DNA from: Octopus vulgaris
Lineage: Eukaryota
Assembly: GCA_951406725.2 (NCBI GenBank)
Contig: OX597837.1
Coordinates: 10,664,001-10,728,000 of the forward strand
Reading direction: 5' to 3'
DNA length: 64,000 bases
Shown here one piece after another: positions 13,697-27,728 of the stretch. How positions within the stretch are numbered: position 1 is the stretch's first letter; each line of letters starts with the position of its first letter. The position numbers and the translations under genes were made by a program. The notes under the pieces were generated by a model that ran no database searches, had not been told where the DNA came from, and was given only the letters and a program-made list of their open reading frames with translations.

Positions 13697-14835
13697 TGTA
13701 TGTATATATAAAGATATATGCATACACACAAACATATCTTTTTAATTTCAACATCAAAAAAACATTATTTACTTTATTTCCTGTATCAACAAGGCATTAT
13801 GTATGTATGCATGTATGTATGTATGTATGTATGTATGTATGTATGTATGTATGTATGTATGTATGTGTATGTATGTATGTGTATGTATGTATGTGTGCAT
13901 GTATGTATATATGTATATATGTATGTATGTATGTATGTGTATGTATGTATGTGTATGTGTGTATGTATGTATGTATGTGTGTGTGTATGTATGTATGTGT
14001 ATGTATGTATGTATATATGTATGTGTATGTATGTATGTATGTATGTCTATGTATGTATGTTTGTGTATGTATATGTATGTGTGTGTGTGTTTGTGTGTGT
14101 ATATGTATGTATGTATGTATGTATGCATGCATGTATGTGTGTGTGGTTGTGTGTGTGTGTGTATATGTATGTATGCATGCATGTAAGTATGCATATATGT
14201 ATGTATGTATACATGTATGTATGCATGCATGTATGTGTGTGTATGTATGTATGCATGTTTTGAAATAAACATAAGGATAAGCAAGTTAGATTATTACATA
14301 AAGTTTTACTATGTTAAGACATGAAACACAAGAAGTCTATACAAAAAATGTATATACACATGCATATATGGGAACAGGACGTCAAAAAATGTAACCAACA
14401 TGAAATACGAAAACAAGGAAAACGAGCTTGTTTTGCGAACAACGAAAGAAACAATTTGATGGTTTGCTCATGGTAGAAACCAAAGACTGCTGCGCCCCCT
14501 GTTAATGTAAACAGAATTACAAAAAACGATTTCTATAACTAGTAAGCATCTGTGGGGGTGGGATTGTCGTGGTAAGAAGCTCGCCTCTCAACCACATGGT
14601 TCTAGGTTCAGTCCCACTACGTGACACCCTGGTCAAGTGTCTTTAACATCGTGCTGACCAAAGCATTTTGAGTCGATTTGGTAAACGGAAACTGAAAGAA
14701 GGATTTAAAAAATAGGTCCTGGTGTTGATACATACGGCGACAAACCTTAAGGCGGTGCCCCAGCCTGGCCGCAGCCTTATGACTGAAAGAGATACATATC
14801 TCTATATATGCATATTTTTCTTTTATCTTTGTATC

Positions 14836-15222
14836 TTTTTACTTGTTTCAGTCATTTGACTGCGGCCATGCTGGAGCACCGCCTTTAGTCAAACAGATCG
14901 GCCCCCGGGTCTTATTTTTTGTAAGCCTAGTATTTATTCTATCGGCCTCTTTTGCCGAACCGCTAAGTTACGGGGACGTAAACACACCAGCATCGGTTGT
15001 CTAGCGATGTTGGGGTGAGGGGACAAACATAGAGACACACATATATATACATTTATACGACGGGCTTCTTTCAGTTTCTTTCATCTACCAAATCCACTCA
15101 CAAAGCATTGGTCGGCCCGAGGCTATAGTAGAAGACACTTGCCCAAGTTGCCACGCAGTGGGACTGAACCCGGAACCATGCGGTTAGTAAGCAAGCTACT
15201 TACCACACAACCACTCCTACGC
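14836..15222 (-). mobile_element. SINE family A (degenerate + copies flank it at 14555-14790 and 15255-15465)
   Basis: Homology to other family A copies. Confidence 0.85.
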
Positions 15223-15639
15223 CTATATATATATATGTATATATATTTATTTATGTGTGTGTTTTTGTCTCTGTGTATGTCCCCACCACCACCGCTTGAC
15301 CACCGATGCTAGTGTTGTTTATGTGTCCGAAACTTAGCGGTTCGGGAAAAACGAACCGATAGAATAAGTACTAGAAGTCCTGGTCTCGATATGTTTTACT
15401 AAAGGCGGTGCTCCGGCATGGCCGCAGTCGAGATGACCGAAGCGTGTTAAGACGAGTAAAAGAGCAACGTGAGTGCGTGTGTGCGAGACTCCGCCGGTGT
15501 GTGAGTAACAGAGTCGCACACACAGACACAGAATCTTCTTCCTTCGCCTGTAAACAACTGGTTCTACGGCTTTCTATGAACGGCTGGGTTTACGGACCAC
15601 TCCGATGTTTACCTTCGTAAACGGAAACACACACCGTTT

Positions 15640-15855
<216 letters not shown>

Positions 15856-15899
15856 TTATATATGTGTATACATACGCATATATATATATGTATATATAA

Positions 15900-16070
15900 G
15901 GCGCAGGTGTGGCTGTGTGGTAAGAAAATTGCTTACCAACCAAATACTTCCGGGTTCAATGCCACTGCATGGCACCTTGGGTAAATGTTTTCGACTATAA
16001 ACCTCGGGCCAACCAAAGTCTTGTAAGAGGATTTGGTAGACGGAAACTGAAAGAAGCCCGTCTTATATAC

Positions 16071-16108
<38 letters not shown>

Positions 16109-16401
16109 ATTTGGGTGCTTGTGTTTGTTCCCCTCCCCACCGTCGCTTGACAACCGATGCTGGTGTGTTTACATCCCCGTAATTTAGTGGCTCGGCTGGG
16201 GCACCGCGCCTCGAAGAATATTTATTCGAACGAATCGACCCTAGTGATTACTTTTTTCCCTTTGGAGCCCGATAATCATTTTTGTTCCCCCCCATCCCTC
16301 TTCCGTTGACCAAACTGCTAAGTCACGGGAACATAAACACACGAACACCGGTTGTCAAAGCAGTGCTAGAGAACAAAGATAGACACAAAGGCACATACAC
16401 G

Positions 16402-16435
<34 letters not shown>

Positions 16436-16557
16436 CGACGGGCGCCTCTCAGTTTCCGTCTACCAAATCCACTCACAAGGCTTTGGTAAGCCCGGGTCTA
16501 TTGTAGGAGGCACTTGCTCAAGGTGCCTCGCAGTGCGATTGAACCCGGAATCACATG
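15900..16557. mobile_element. Two family A SINEs tail-to-tail (+ 15900-16195; - 16195-16557)
   Basis: Homology to other family A copies. Confidence 0.8.
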
Positions 16558-16733
16558 CAACATATATAAGACAAACATCACTATTATTGGATCCCTAGTA
16601 TTTAATTATTTTCAGTAATCCATGCTTACACATACATACACATACATGTTTGTGTGTGTGTATATATGTATGTATAATATAATAATTAAATTATTTACAT
16701 ACGACGGATATTTGTCTTCATCTTTCTGTTGTT

Positions 16734-16780
16734 AACACAACGTTTCGGCTGATTTACCCTCCAAGCCTTCATCAGATGTC
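16734..16780 (-). ncRNA. Minimal hammerhead ribozyme
   Basis: Minus strand: gacat-CTGATGA-a-ggct...agcc-GAAA-cg-TT-gtgtt; stem III reduced to the palindrome AACGTT. Confidence 0.75.
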
Positions 16781-16860
16781 TTGGGGAAATTTCGAACCTG
16801 AGTTCTCATTTCTAAGGTATTTTTCGATGTTATTATTATCATTATTATTATTATTATTAA

Positions 16861-16932
16861 GGTCACTGCCTGGAATCGAACTTGGAATCTTTGGGTTAGT
16901 AGCCCGTGCTCTTAACCACTACGCTATATGCC
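16861..16932 (-). mobile_element. tRNA-derived head (pseudo-tRNA) upstream of the hammerhead
   Basis: 72 nt; A-box TAGCGTAGTGG, B-box AGTTCGATTCC, anticodon-like loop CTACTAA; acceptor stem poorly paired, so not a functional tRNA. Confidence 0.75.
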
Positions 16933-17247
16933 TGTGGGCATAATTCCTCATCTCTTAAATACAGAACTGCAATTAAATTATTGTATAGTGCTCAGATGCA
17001 CTATGTATGTATGTATGTGTGCATGCATGTATGTATGTATGCATATATGTATGCATGTATGCATGCATGTATGTATGTATATATATGAATGCATGTATGT
17101 ATATATGTATGTATGTATGCATGTATGTATATATGTATGTATGTATACATGTATGTATTCATGTATGTATGCATGTATGTATTTATGTATGTATGCATAT
17201 ATGTATGTATATATGAATGATTGTATGTATGCATGTATGTATGTATC

Positions 17248-17634
17248 TCTTTCACTCTTTCACTTGTTTCAGTCATTTGACTGCGGCCATGCTGGAGCAC
17301 CGCCTTTAATCGAGCAACTCGACCCCGGAACTTATTCTTTTGTAAGCCCAGTACTTATTCTATCGGTCTCTTTTGCCGAACCGCTAATGTGACCGGGACG
17401 TAAACACACCAGCATGCTAGGGGGACAAACACAGACACACACACATATATATATACATACATACATATATACGACGGGCTTCTTTCAGTTTCCGTCTACC
17501 AAATCCACTCACAAGGCATTGGTCGGCCTGGGGCTATAGTAGAAGACACTTGCCCAAGATGCCACGCAGTGGGACTGAACCCGGAACCATGTGGTTGGCT
17601 AGCAAGCTACTTACCACACAGCCACTCCTGCGCC
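17248..17634 (-). mobile_element. SINE family A
   Basis: Homology to other family A copies. Confidence 0.9.
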
Positions 17635-17882
17635 TAGGTATATATGCATGCAAGCATGTATGCTTGTGTATATATTCTTAACGTGAAGTTGTGTATTGAA
17701 ACGAATACAACTGTTTGTTTTGTTCTGATTAATATATATTCGTTACATTATACATACATGTATGTTTATAGACATACATTCATATATGTATACAGATATA
17801 AACACAATGTATAAATATATGCAAACATACATATAAACACTCTATGAATGTATACACACGCAAATGGATATAAAATACTAGA

Positions 17883-17932
<50 letters not shown>

Positions 17933-18162
17933 TGAGTGAGTGTAATACATACACACATGTTTAAGAAGGGATTGACCTCGGGCTAAACAACAAGAGCTAC
18001 AACTTGTGGGGAGGAGGTGTATGCAAGGTATTAAGACAGGCATGAAGAAAGTGAAAATAAGGAGAGAGAGAGAGAGAGAGAAATGGACAGACATAGGAGG
18101 GAGGGAGGGAGACAGACAGACATACAGATACATAGATAGGTAGATAGATAGATAAACAGGTA

Positions 18163-18657
<495 letters not shown>

Positions 18658-18752
18658 TTCAGAGAGAGAGAGAGAGAGAGAGAGATTTCATGTGGTTTAG
18701 GGAGGGAGACAGAAAGAGAGGGAGACAGACAGACAGATAAACAAACAGAAAC

Positions 18753-18805
<53 letters not shown>

Positions 18806-19114
18806 GATAGATAGACATATAGGTAGGTAGGTAGATAGATAGATAGATAGATAGACAGACAGATAAACAAACAGAAACATACACAGAGATAGAGAGAGTG
18901 AACGAAAGATGTGTGTGTATGTTTGTGGGAGTTGAGTGACTTACCTTTGGTGGTGGTGGGCCAGGAAAGCAAGATTTCAGCAGCGACTTGGTTGGCCAAG
19001 TCACACATCTTGTTCTGTTTCTGTTTCTGTTGTTTATACACTGACAGGGAAAAACCTCGGCCGAACATCTGACGCGCAGCAACAACAACAGCAACAACCA
19101 TCACCACCACCACC

Positions 19115-19146
<32 letters not shown>

Positions 19147-19675
19147 CACAACAGCAACAACGACAACAATATAATTGCTAATATAAAGGAACAAAAGGCA
19201 ATTACAACAACAACAACAACAATAGCTACTACTACTACCACTAATACTACCACCACCACCGCTGCTACTACTACTACTACTACTACTGCTGCTGCTGCTA
19301 CTGCTGCTGCTGCTGTCGCTGTTGCAGCTATGACGACGACGACGACGACGACGACGATGGTGATGACAATAACAATAACGTGATGAACATCATTAATGAA
19401 AGGAATCGGAAGATGACAGCAACAATAACAACAACAACAAACAAGCAAGAAAAAAAACAATAACAACAACAGTAACAACAACATCTTTTATATTTTATCT
19501 TTTCCTCTCCGACTTGCTTCTGCGACCACGCTGGAGCACCGCCTTGTGGAATTTTTTTTTCTTTTTCACTTTCGATGGATGGAATCGAACCTCGGTACTT
19601 TTTCTTTGTCGTTTCAAAGTTTTTTTAAGCCTGGTACTCATTCTATCGTTCTCTCTCTCTCTCTCTATCTATCTA

Positions 19676-19723
<48 letters not shown>

Positions 19724-19959
19724 ACTCTATCTATCTATCTATCTATCTATCTCTATCTCTGTCTGTCTCTTGTACGGGGACGTAATCATACCAACATTGG
19801 TTGTCAGGTGGTGGTGGGGAGGAGCACAAACGCAGAAACAAACACACACACAAATGGATATATATATATATATACATACACACACACTCATATATATATA
19901 TATATAGATACATAACTACACAGACACATATATATATATATACATATATACATAGATAC

Positions 19960-20021
<62 letters not shown>

Positions 20022-20368
20022 TCACATACATATATATATATATATATACATATATAGATATATAAGGATATATATAAGGATACATGCAGGCGTGTGTGTG
20101 TGCGTGTGTGTGTGTGTGATACTTGCTTAAGGGTGCCACGCGATGGGACTGAACCCGGAACCATGTGGTTGGGAAAGTAAACTCCATACAACATACCCCA
20201 CGTCCGCGCCTGGACGGCGTCATAAATAAAACGCAAAAAATGAAACTACAAAAATAAAAAATAAAACGAAAACAACCACACCAACAACAACAACAAGCAT
20301 AACAACAAAACGGAAAGACGACATTGACAACTGCAGAAGTAGCAACGACCTCAGCAGCAACAACAACA

Positions 20369-20737
20369 GTGGAGGCGCAATGGCCCAGTGGTTAGGGCAG
20401 CGGACTCGCGGTCGGAGGATCGCGGTTTCGATACCCAGACCGGGCGTTGTGTGTGTTTATTGAGCGAAAACACCTAAAGCTCCACGAGACTCCGGCAGCG
20501 GGTGCGTGGTGGCGACCCCTATTGTGCTCTTTCGCTCCAACTTTCTCTCACTCTTTCTTCCTGTTTCTTGTCCTCCCCGACTTCCTACGCAACCGCTGAA
20601 CCTGGATGCCCATTTCATCCATCCGTCGATGCTCTCGGTGAGTCGGGGGTTGACCTGCTTTCTCTTCTGCGGGTCTTACGAATAGCAAAGGACCACGTTT
20701 CGGACTTCTCCCACTACAGAGAAGACCACTTCGCTCA
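20369..20737 (+). mobile_element. tRNA-derived SINE family C2 (C1 head, different 3' half, CAA tail)
   Basis: Head shared with 9006; 3' half CTTCCTACGCAACCGCTGA...TTACGAATAGCAAAGGACCACG. Confidence 0.85.
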
Positions 20738-20795
20738 ACAAACAAACAAACAAACAGAAACAACAACATAGTCAGTTATATATTTATTAAAGCAT

Positions 20796-21032
20796 TAAGG
20801 CGGTGAGCTGGCAGAAACGTTAGCGCGCCGGGCGAAATGCTTAGCGGTATTTCGCCTGTCGCTACGTTCTGAGTTCAAATTCCACCGAGGTCGATTTTGC
20901 CTTTCTTCCTTTCGGGGTCGATAAATTAAGTACCAGTTACGCACTGGGGTCGATGTAATCGACTTAATACCTATGTCTGTCCTTGTTTGTCCCCTCTGTG
21001 TTTAGCCCCTTGTGGGTAATAAAGAAATAGGT
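20796..21032 (+). mobile_element. SINE family B monomer
   Basis: GGCGGTGAGCTGGCAGAAACGTTAGC...GAGTTCAAATTCC (B-box-like)...CCTTTCGGGGTCGATAAATTAAGTACCAG. Confidence 0.85.
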
Positions 21033-21709
21033 AATAATATTTGTGATTTTCTAAAATAGGCACAGGGCCAGCAATTTTATGGGGAGGCGTGCAAGTCGAT
21101 GACATCGATCACCGTATGTGATTGGTATTTTATTTAATCGATCCCCGAGAGGATGAAAAACTAATGATTTCGATTTTGATGAGATTTTAATTCAAAATGT
21201 TAAAAAAAAATTTATTTTGAAAATTAAAGAAAAATTTTTTTTTTGTTTTAACCAGCAGAAAATGCCGCTTAGCAATTTGTTCGACGCACCAACGATTCTC
21301 ACAGCTCACCCACTTTGTCGTCATGATAATAATAATCCTTTCTACTAGAGGCACAAGGCCTGAAATTTTAAGGGGAAGGTAGTTGTCGATATGTGTGTAA
21401 CTGGTACTTAATTTATTGACCCCGAAAAGGATGAAAGGCAAAGTCGACCTCGGCAGAATTTGAACTGAGAAAGTAAAGACGGACGAAATACCACAAGGCA
21501 TTGAGAGGATGGGGCTGAGGGGACGCTAAGAACAATGACACACACACACACACACTCACACACGCACACACACACTAAGAACAATGACACATTATAAGAA
21601 CAATGACACACACACACACACGGACGCAAAGGCATGCGCACATAAGGATACACATCTTAGAAGAACAGAATGGAGTAAGTGAAGCAAGAGCACACACGAA
21701 AAGGAAAAG

Positions 21710-21754
21710 TGTCGCTGAAGAGGTCACAGATGAGTGACGAAAGTTTTCCGGACA
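21710..21754 (+). ncRNA. Minimal hammerhead ribozyme motif
   Basis: tgtcg-CTGAAGA-g-gtcac-agatga-gtgac-GAAA-gttt-TC-cggaca. Confidence 0.6.
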
Positions 21755-21769
21755 ATGCACAGGCGTTAA

Positions 21770-21828
<59 letters not shown>

Positions 21829-21830
<2 letters not shown>

Positions 21831-22164
21831 GGGGAGCATCATAGCCATGTGTTGAGAGGGATTCTTTGGGGTTTGAATAATTCACCTCTGGAAACATGGA
21901 TGGTTCTTTCAACATCCTTAAACAACCCTTATTCAGGGACCTTTTGAGCGGGATGGGCTACTCAACCTGAAGTAAATTCTAACAGGGCCCCACCTGCAAG
22001 GTCATGTGCTGTTTATCTTGATATGAGATCACCATGTCGCGCACATATGGTTGTGATGCATGTGCCTGGTGTACCTTTATCAGACCGGTAGTCATGATGG
22101 GTGTACTGGGCTTCGTATATTTTACCCCAGGGTCACTTTGATGGCATACACTGCTCTCTCACTC
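21829..22164 (+). mobile_element. Family E retroelement 3' end inserted in (AAT)n
   Basis: Homologous to 30331-30718; flanked by (AAT)n on both sides. Confidence 0.8.
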
Positions 22165-22309
22165 AATAATAATAATTATAATAAACAAGTGCGTGTGTTT
22201 TATTTGGCAAAATAAGTAAATAAATAAATTATTATCCGGAAATACAACAATACTTTTTCAAGACATGATTTCACACTAGGAATCTTGTAACACAGATTGA
22301 TAATAATGA

Positions 22310-23250
22310 CAATCCTTTCTACAATAGGCACAAAGCCTGAAATTTTTTAGGGGAAAGGACCAGTCGATTACATCGACCCCCAGTGTTTCACTGGTACTTA
22401 ATTTATTGATCCCGAAAAGAGGAAAGGCAACGTCTACCCCGGCGGAATTTGAACTCAGAACGTAGCGATAGACGAAATCCTGCTAAGCGTTTCGCCCGGC
22501 ATGGTAACGATTCTTTTCTACTCTAGGCACAAGGCCCGGAATTTTAGGGGAGGGGACCTGTCGATTAGATCGACTCCAGAACGCAATTGATACTTAATTT
22601 ATCGGCCCCCGAAAGGATGAAAGGCAAAGTCGACCTTGGCGGAATTTGAACTCAGATTGTAACCGCAGACGAAATACCTATTTCTTTATTACTCACAAGG
22701 GGCTAAACACACAGAAGGGACAAACAAGGACAGGCAAACGGTATTAAGTCGATTACATCGACCCCAGTGCGTAACTAGTACTTATTTAATCGACCCCGAA
22801 AGGATGAAAGGCAAAGTCGACCTCGGCGGAATTTGAACTCAGAACGTAACGACATACGAAATACCACTTTCTATTTCTTTATTACCCACAAGGGGCTAAA
22901 CACAGAGAGAGGACAAACAAGGACAGACATAGGTATTAAGTCGATTACATCGAACCCAGTGCGCAACTGGTACTTAATTTATCGACCCGGAAAGGATGAA
23001 AGGCAAAGTCGACCTCGGCGGAATTTGAACTCAGGTTGTAACCGCAGACGAAATACCTATTTCTTTACTACCCACAAGGGACTAAACACAGAGAGGACAA
23101 ACAAGGACGCGTAACTGGTACTTAATTTATCGACCCCGAAAGGATGAAAGGCAAAGTCGACCTCGGCAGAATTTGAACTCAGGACGTAACTGCAGACGGA
23201 ATACCTCTAAGCATTTCGCCCGACGTGCTACCGTTTCTGCCAGCTCGCCT
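22310..23250 (-). mobile_element. Family B head-to-tail array (about six units)
   Basis: Repeated ATCGACCCCGAAAGGATGAAAGGCAAAGTCGACCTCGGCGGAATTTGAACTCAG units of about 110-180 bp. Confidence 0.9.
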
Positions 23251-23380
23251 CCTTAGCAGTATCAGTAACCGCAACAACGACCTCAAAAGCAAGCAAAAGT
23301 CCGGCTACAACATCACCTACACAATACCTTTGACAATATCAACACCGGCAATGCTTCTGTCTGTCTCTCTGACCCTACAC

Positions 23381-23428
<48 letters not shown>

Positions 23429-23445
23429 CTCTCTGTCTCTCTCTC

Positions 23446-23506
<61 letters not shown>

Positions 23507-23637
23507 CTTCCGTTGACCAAACGAACACCTGACACATCACCGGATGGGTGGGTGGGGTCTTTGTTTTTTTAACTCTATTCAGTCAACACTGTCACCTCCT
23601 CCACCATCAGCTGTCATCTGAGCCAATGAAAGACCTT

Positions 23638-23675
<38 letters not shown>

Positions 23676-23826
23676 GAGGTCACTCGAAACGCTAGAAATA
23701 GTAGCTAAAATAACATCATCAGCGCCGGTACATCTCCCTCCATCGCCTCTCATCAACCACCATTACTACTACTGATACTACTACTACTACTAGTATTGTT
23801 ACAACCACCAACACCGCCACCACCAT

Positions 23827-23866
<40 letters not shown>

Positions 23867-24551
23867 GTTATAACCAACACTGTCACCACCACTACGACCA
23901 CTACTGCTGCTACTACTACTACTACCACCACAACCAGCACCACCACCGCCGCCACTACCATTACTACTATTACTACTACTACTACTACCGTTACTACTAC
24001 TACTACTACTACTACTACGACGACGACGACGACGACGACGACGACTACTACTACTACTACTACTACTACTTCCAATGGTACGACAAACCAATTCAATTGG
24101 TACCGATCACCAATTCTACAGAATCCCACTCCATCTCCACCACCACCAGCATCATCATCATCATCAGGATTTCCCTCACACTATCACCACCACCACATTA
24201 GTCACGTTTACTCGACACCACACTACAACCGCTACAGCAGCTGACCGCCACCACATTCTACTATCACACAGCCACCACCGCCGCTCCATCCTTCGTTCAA
24301 CATCATTGTGAAAATTAATTTTCATTCTCTCACTTCCCGTCCGATTCATTCATTCGCTCGTTCATTCATGTTTTTTGAAGAGGCTGCCAACCTATCTATC
24401 TACCTACCTATCCCTCTCTCTATCTATATATCTACCTATCTAACTTTCTCTCTCTCTTTCGTTCTGTCCATCAATCAATCAATCACTCAATCTATCTATC
24501 TATTTATCTATCTATCTACCGACCTATCTATCTATTTATCTATTTATCAAC

Positions 24552-24598
<47 letters not shown>

Positions 24599-25639
24599 CC
24601 GACCTATCTATCTATTTATCTTTCTATTTATCTATTTATCAACCTATCTATCTATCTATCTATCTATCTATCCATTTATCTACCAACATATCTATCTGTC
24701 TATCTATCAATCTATCTATCTGTCTATCTGTCTGTCTATCTATCCTTTTATTAATGTATGTATCTATCTACCTGTGAATATCTATCTACCTCTCTCTCTC
24801 TCTCTCCCTATCTATCTATTTCTCTGTCTGTCTATAGATCTATCTATCTAACTATATATCTATCTATTTATCTATCTGTCTATCTCTACCCATCTATTTA
24901 CCAACCTATCTATCTATTCTATCTATCTATCTATCTTTTTATGTATGTATGTACATATCTATCTATCAATCCATTGATCTAATATTTCTATGTCTATCTA
25001 CAAACATGTGTTTATGATTGCGTGTGAATGTGCAGGCGTGTGCAAGTGTTCGTATGTATTTACAGGTTTTATTATGTATATATTTATACGTGTGTATGTT
25101 TACGTGTGCGCGTGTGTGTCACGTTTACCTCCAAACCGTCTCTTTCCTCTCCTTCCAAACTCTCCACCAAACACGCCATCTTCCCGTCTTCCCGTCTTCC
25201 CGTCATACCACTGACGTGTCGACTATTCTATGTGTCACCGTGGTTGTCTCTCCTTCGTTCACTGCCTCTCCAAGACGAACGTACACTCTTCTTCCATTGA
25301 TGAGGAATCAGCCATTGGCCCCTTACCCAACACCAGTTTCCTTGTTCCTCCATTTTCTCTTCTGCTTTTCCTCCATTTCCCTCTCGTCTGCTTTTCCTCC
25401 ATTTCCCTCTCGTCGTCGCTTACTGCTATCACTCCGGGACGAAGTATTACCGAGGACATTAACGGGTTAATAACATGAAGCAAACACGCATGTGACGATC
25501 CAATGAATTTTACAGCAATATCCGGTTGATATTAGCCGTGATTTCGCGATTATAATAAGCGGCTTTCACTCAGCGTTCTTGCATGTTTGTGTATACATAT
25601 GAGTACATATATATCTATTTATACACACACATTTAATTT

Positions 25640-25697
<58 letters not shown>

Positions 25698-25815
25698 AAG
25701 CACATATCTAATTTATATATATACATATGTATATATGTGTGTGTGTATATATCAGTGCCCCAGCATGGCCACAGCTCGTGAGCTGAAACTAGATAAAATA
25801 AAATATATATATATA

Positions 25816-26182
25816 GGTGCAGGAGTGGCTGTGTGGTAAGTAGCTTGCTAACCAACCACATGGTTCCAGGTTCAGTCCCACAGCGTGGCATCTTGGGCAA
25901 GTGTCTTCTGCTATAGCCCCGGGCCGACCAATGCCTTCTGAGTGGATTTGGTAGACGGAAACTGAAAGAAGCCTGTCGTATATATGTGTATGTGTTTGTC
26001 CCCCTATCATTGCTTGACAACCGATGCTGGTGTGTTTACGTCCCCGTCACTTAGCGGTTCGGCAAAAGAGACCGATAGAATAAGTACTGGGCTTACAAAG
26101 AATAAGTCCCGGGGTCGATTTGCTCGACTAAAGGCGGTGCTCCAGCATGGCCGCAGTCAAATGACTGAAACAAGTAAAAGAA
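25816..26182 (+). mobile_element. SINE family A
   Basis: Homology to other family A copies. Confidence 0.9.
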
Positions 26183-26445
26183 TATATATATATCCACACA
26201 CGCATATATGCATACGTATAACTGTATATACATATATGTTCATTTTTATGATTATACACGCACATGTCATACATACATACTCCTAAGCCTTCACTGGAAG
26301 TGTAAAAAAAATCCGTAAAACTTTCCAGAAGTTTATCATTTCCAGAAGTGTATCACGTGATCACGTGACCGACCAGGCTATCCGATGTTGCTTTTACCCA
26401 AAGCCTTGGAACTTTTCCCGACCCAATCTTGTATACACATACACA

Positions 26446-27059
26446 CGAAGGGGTGCTGAAAAGTTACCGGTTTTAAGGGTTTCGCAAAAGGCCTGTTTGG
26501 AGGCCCAATATTCCGAGTTCTTTTACAGGGCTTAGAAAAGGTAAAGGACCACTGCAATAAGTGTGTGAATCTGAGAGGGGAATATCTTTATATATAAAAG
26601 TCAAGTTGTGTGTCTGTCTCCTCCGATTTAGATTCCTAACTACTCCCACATTTTGCGGTGCAGTTTAACCAAAACCGGGTATCTTATAGTCATGATTCAT
26701 ATCGAGCCCTTCTGGGTATTTGCGCGTGTCTACGATAAGTCTACAATTTTAAAAATAATTTACCATCATTTTTTTCCATTTTAATGCATTTCTTCGCTAT
26801 TATATAAGGGAAGTAACTCTCTAAAAATGTCTACGATGAGTCTACGATTTTAAAAAAATTTACCATCATTTTTTTTCCATTTTTAATGCATTTTTGGCTA
26901 TTTTTTGGCTATAACTCTCTAAAAATGCTCATATAGTTATTTCCCTTACAAACCCGAGCAACGCCGGGCGATACTGCTAGTGTTGAATAAAATCATGATT
27001 AACTGACCCTCCTCTAATTTTTTTATCCAAAGCCTGAAACTTTTCATGACCAACTCTTG
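26446..27059 (+). mobile_element. Mariner-derived MITE interrupted by a Helitron
   Basis: TIR CGAAGGGGTGCTGAAAAGTT; internal remnant encoding ...CNKCVNLRGEYVE* (mariner C-terminus) across the insertion site. Confidence 0.75.
26585..26980 (+). mobile_element. Non-autonomous Helitron
   Basis: 5' TC, 3' CTAG, subterminal hairpin CCCG-agcaacgc-CGGG (26953-26968), inserted between A and T with no TSD; empty site visible near 27203-27221. Confidence 0.85.
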
Positions 27060-27085
27060 TATACAGACACACACACACACACATA

Positions 27086-27287
27086 CGAAGGGGGTGCCGA
27101 AAAGTTACTGGCTTTAAGGGTTTTCGCAAAAGGCCTGTTTGGAGGCCCAATATTCCGAGAAAAAGTAAAGGACTACTGAAACAAGTGTGTGAATCTGAGA
27201 TGGGAATACGTTGAATAAAATCATAATTAACTGATCCCCCTGCATTTTCTTTTACCCAAAGACAGGAACTTTTCAGTACCCCCTTTG
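27086..27287 (+). mobile_element. Mariner-derived MITE, uninterrupted copy
   Basis: TA-flanked; TIRs CGAAGGGGGTGCCGAAAAGTT / AACTTTTCAGTACCCCCTTTG. Confidence 0.8.
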
Positions 27288-27401
27288 TATATGATACAGA
27301 TTCCCGATTTTTTTCAATCACCAGAGTGATGTGGAACTAATGTCAGGAAAAATCTATATTATTCAAAATGTATGGAACAAAGACTAATTAAAAGTCTTCA
27401 A

Positions 27402-27728
27402 ACACCTTGGGCAAGTGTCTTCTACTATAGCCTCGGACCGACCAAAGCCTTGTGAGTGGATTTGGTAGACGGAAACTGAAAGAAGCCCGTCGTATATATG
27501 TATATATATATTCGTTTGTGTGTCTGTGTTTGTCCCCCTAGCATTGCTTGACAACCGATGCTGGTGTGTTTATGTCCCTGTTACTTAGCGGTTCGGCTAA
27601 AGAGACCGATAGAATAAGTACTGGGCTTACAAAAGAATAAGTCCCGGGGTCGAGTTGCTCGATTAAAGGCGGTGCTCCAGCATGGCCGCAGTCAAATGAC
27701 TGAAACAACTAAAAGAGTAAAAGAGTAA
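27402..27728 (+). mobile_element. SINE family A, 5'-truncated
   Basis: Homology to other family A copies. Confidence 0.9.

Noticed and set aside
13408-14268. Recurrent peptide [49 protein letters not shown] in many ORFs
   Set aside because: Antisense translation of SINE family A, not a gene family.
16861-16932. Functional tRNA-Ser(ACT) gene
   Set aside because: Acceptor and anticodon stems pair poorly and there is no long variable arm; treated as a SINE head.
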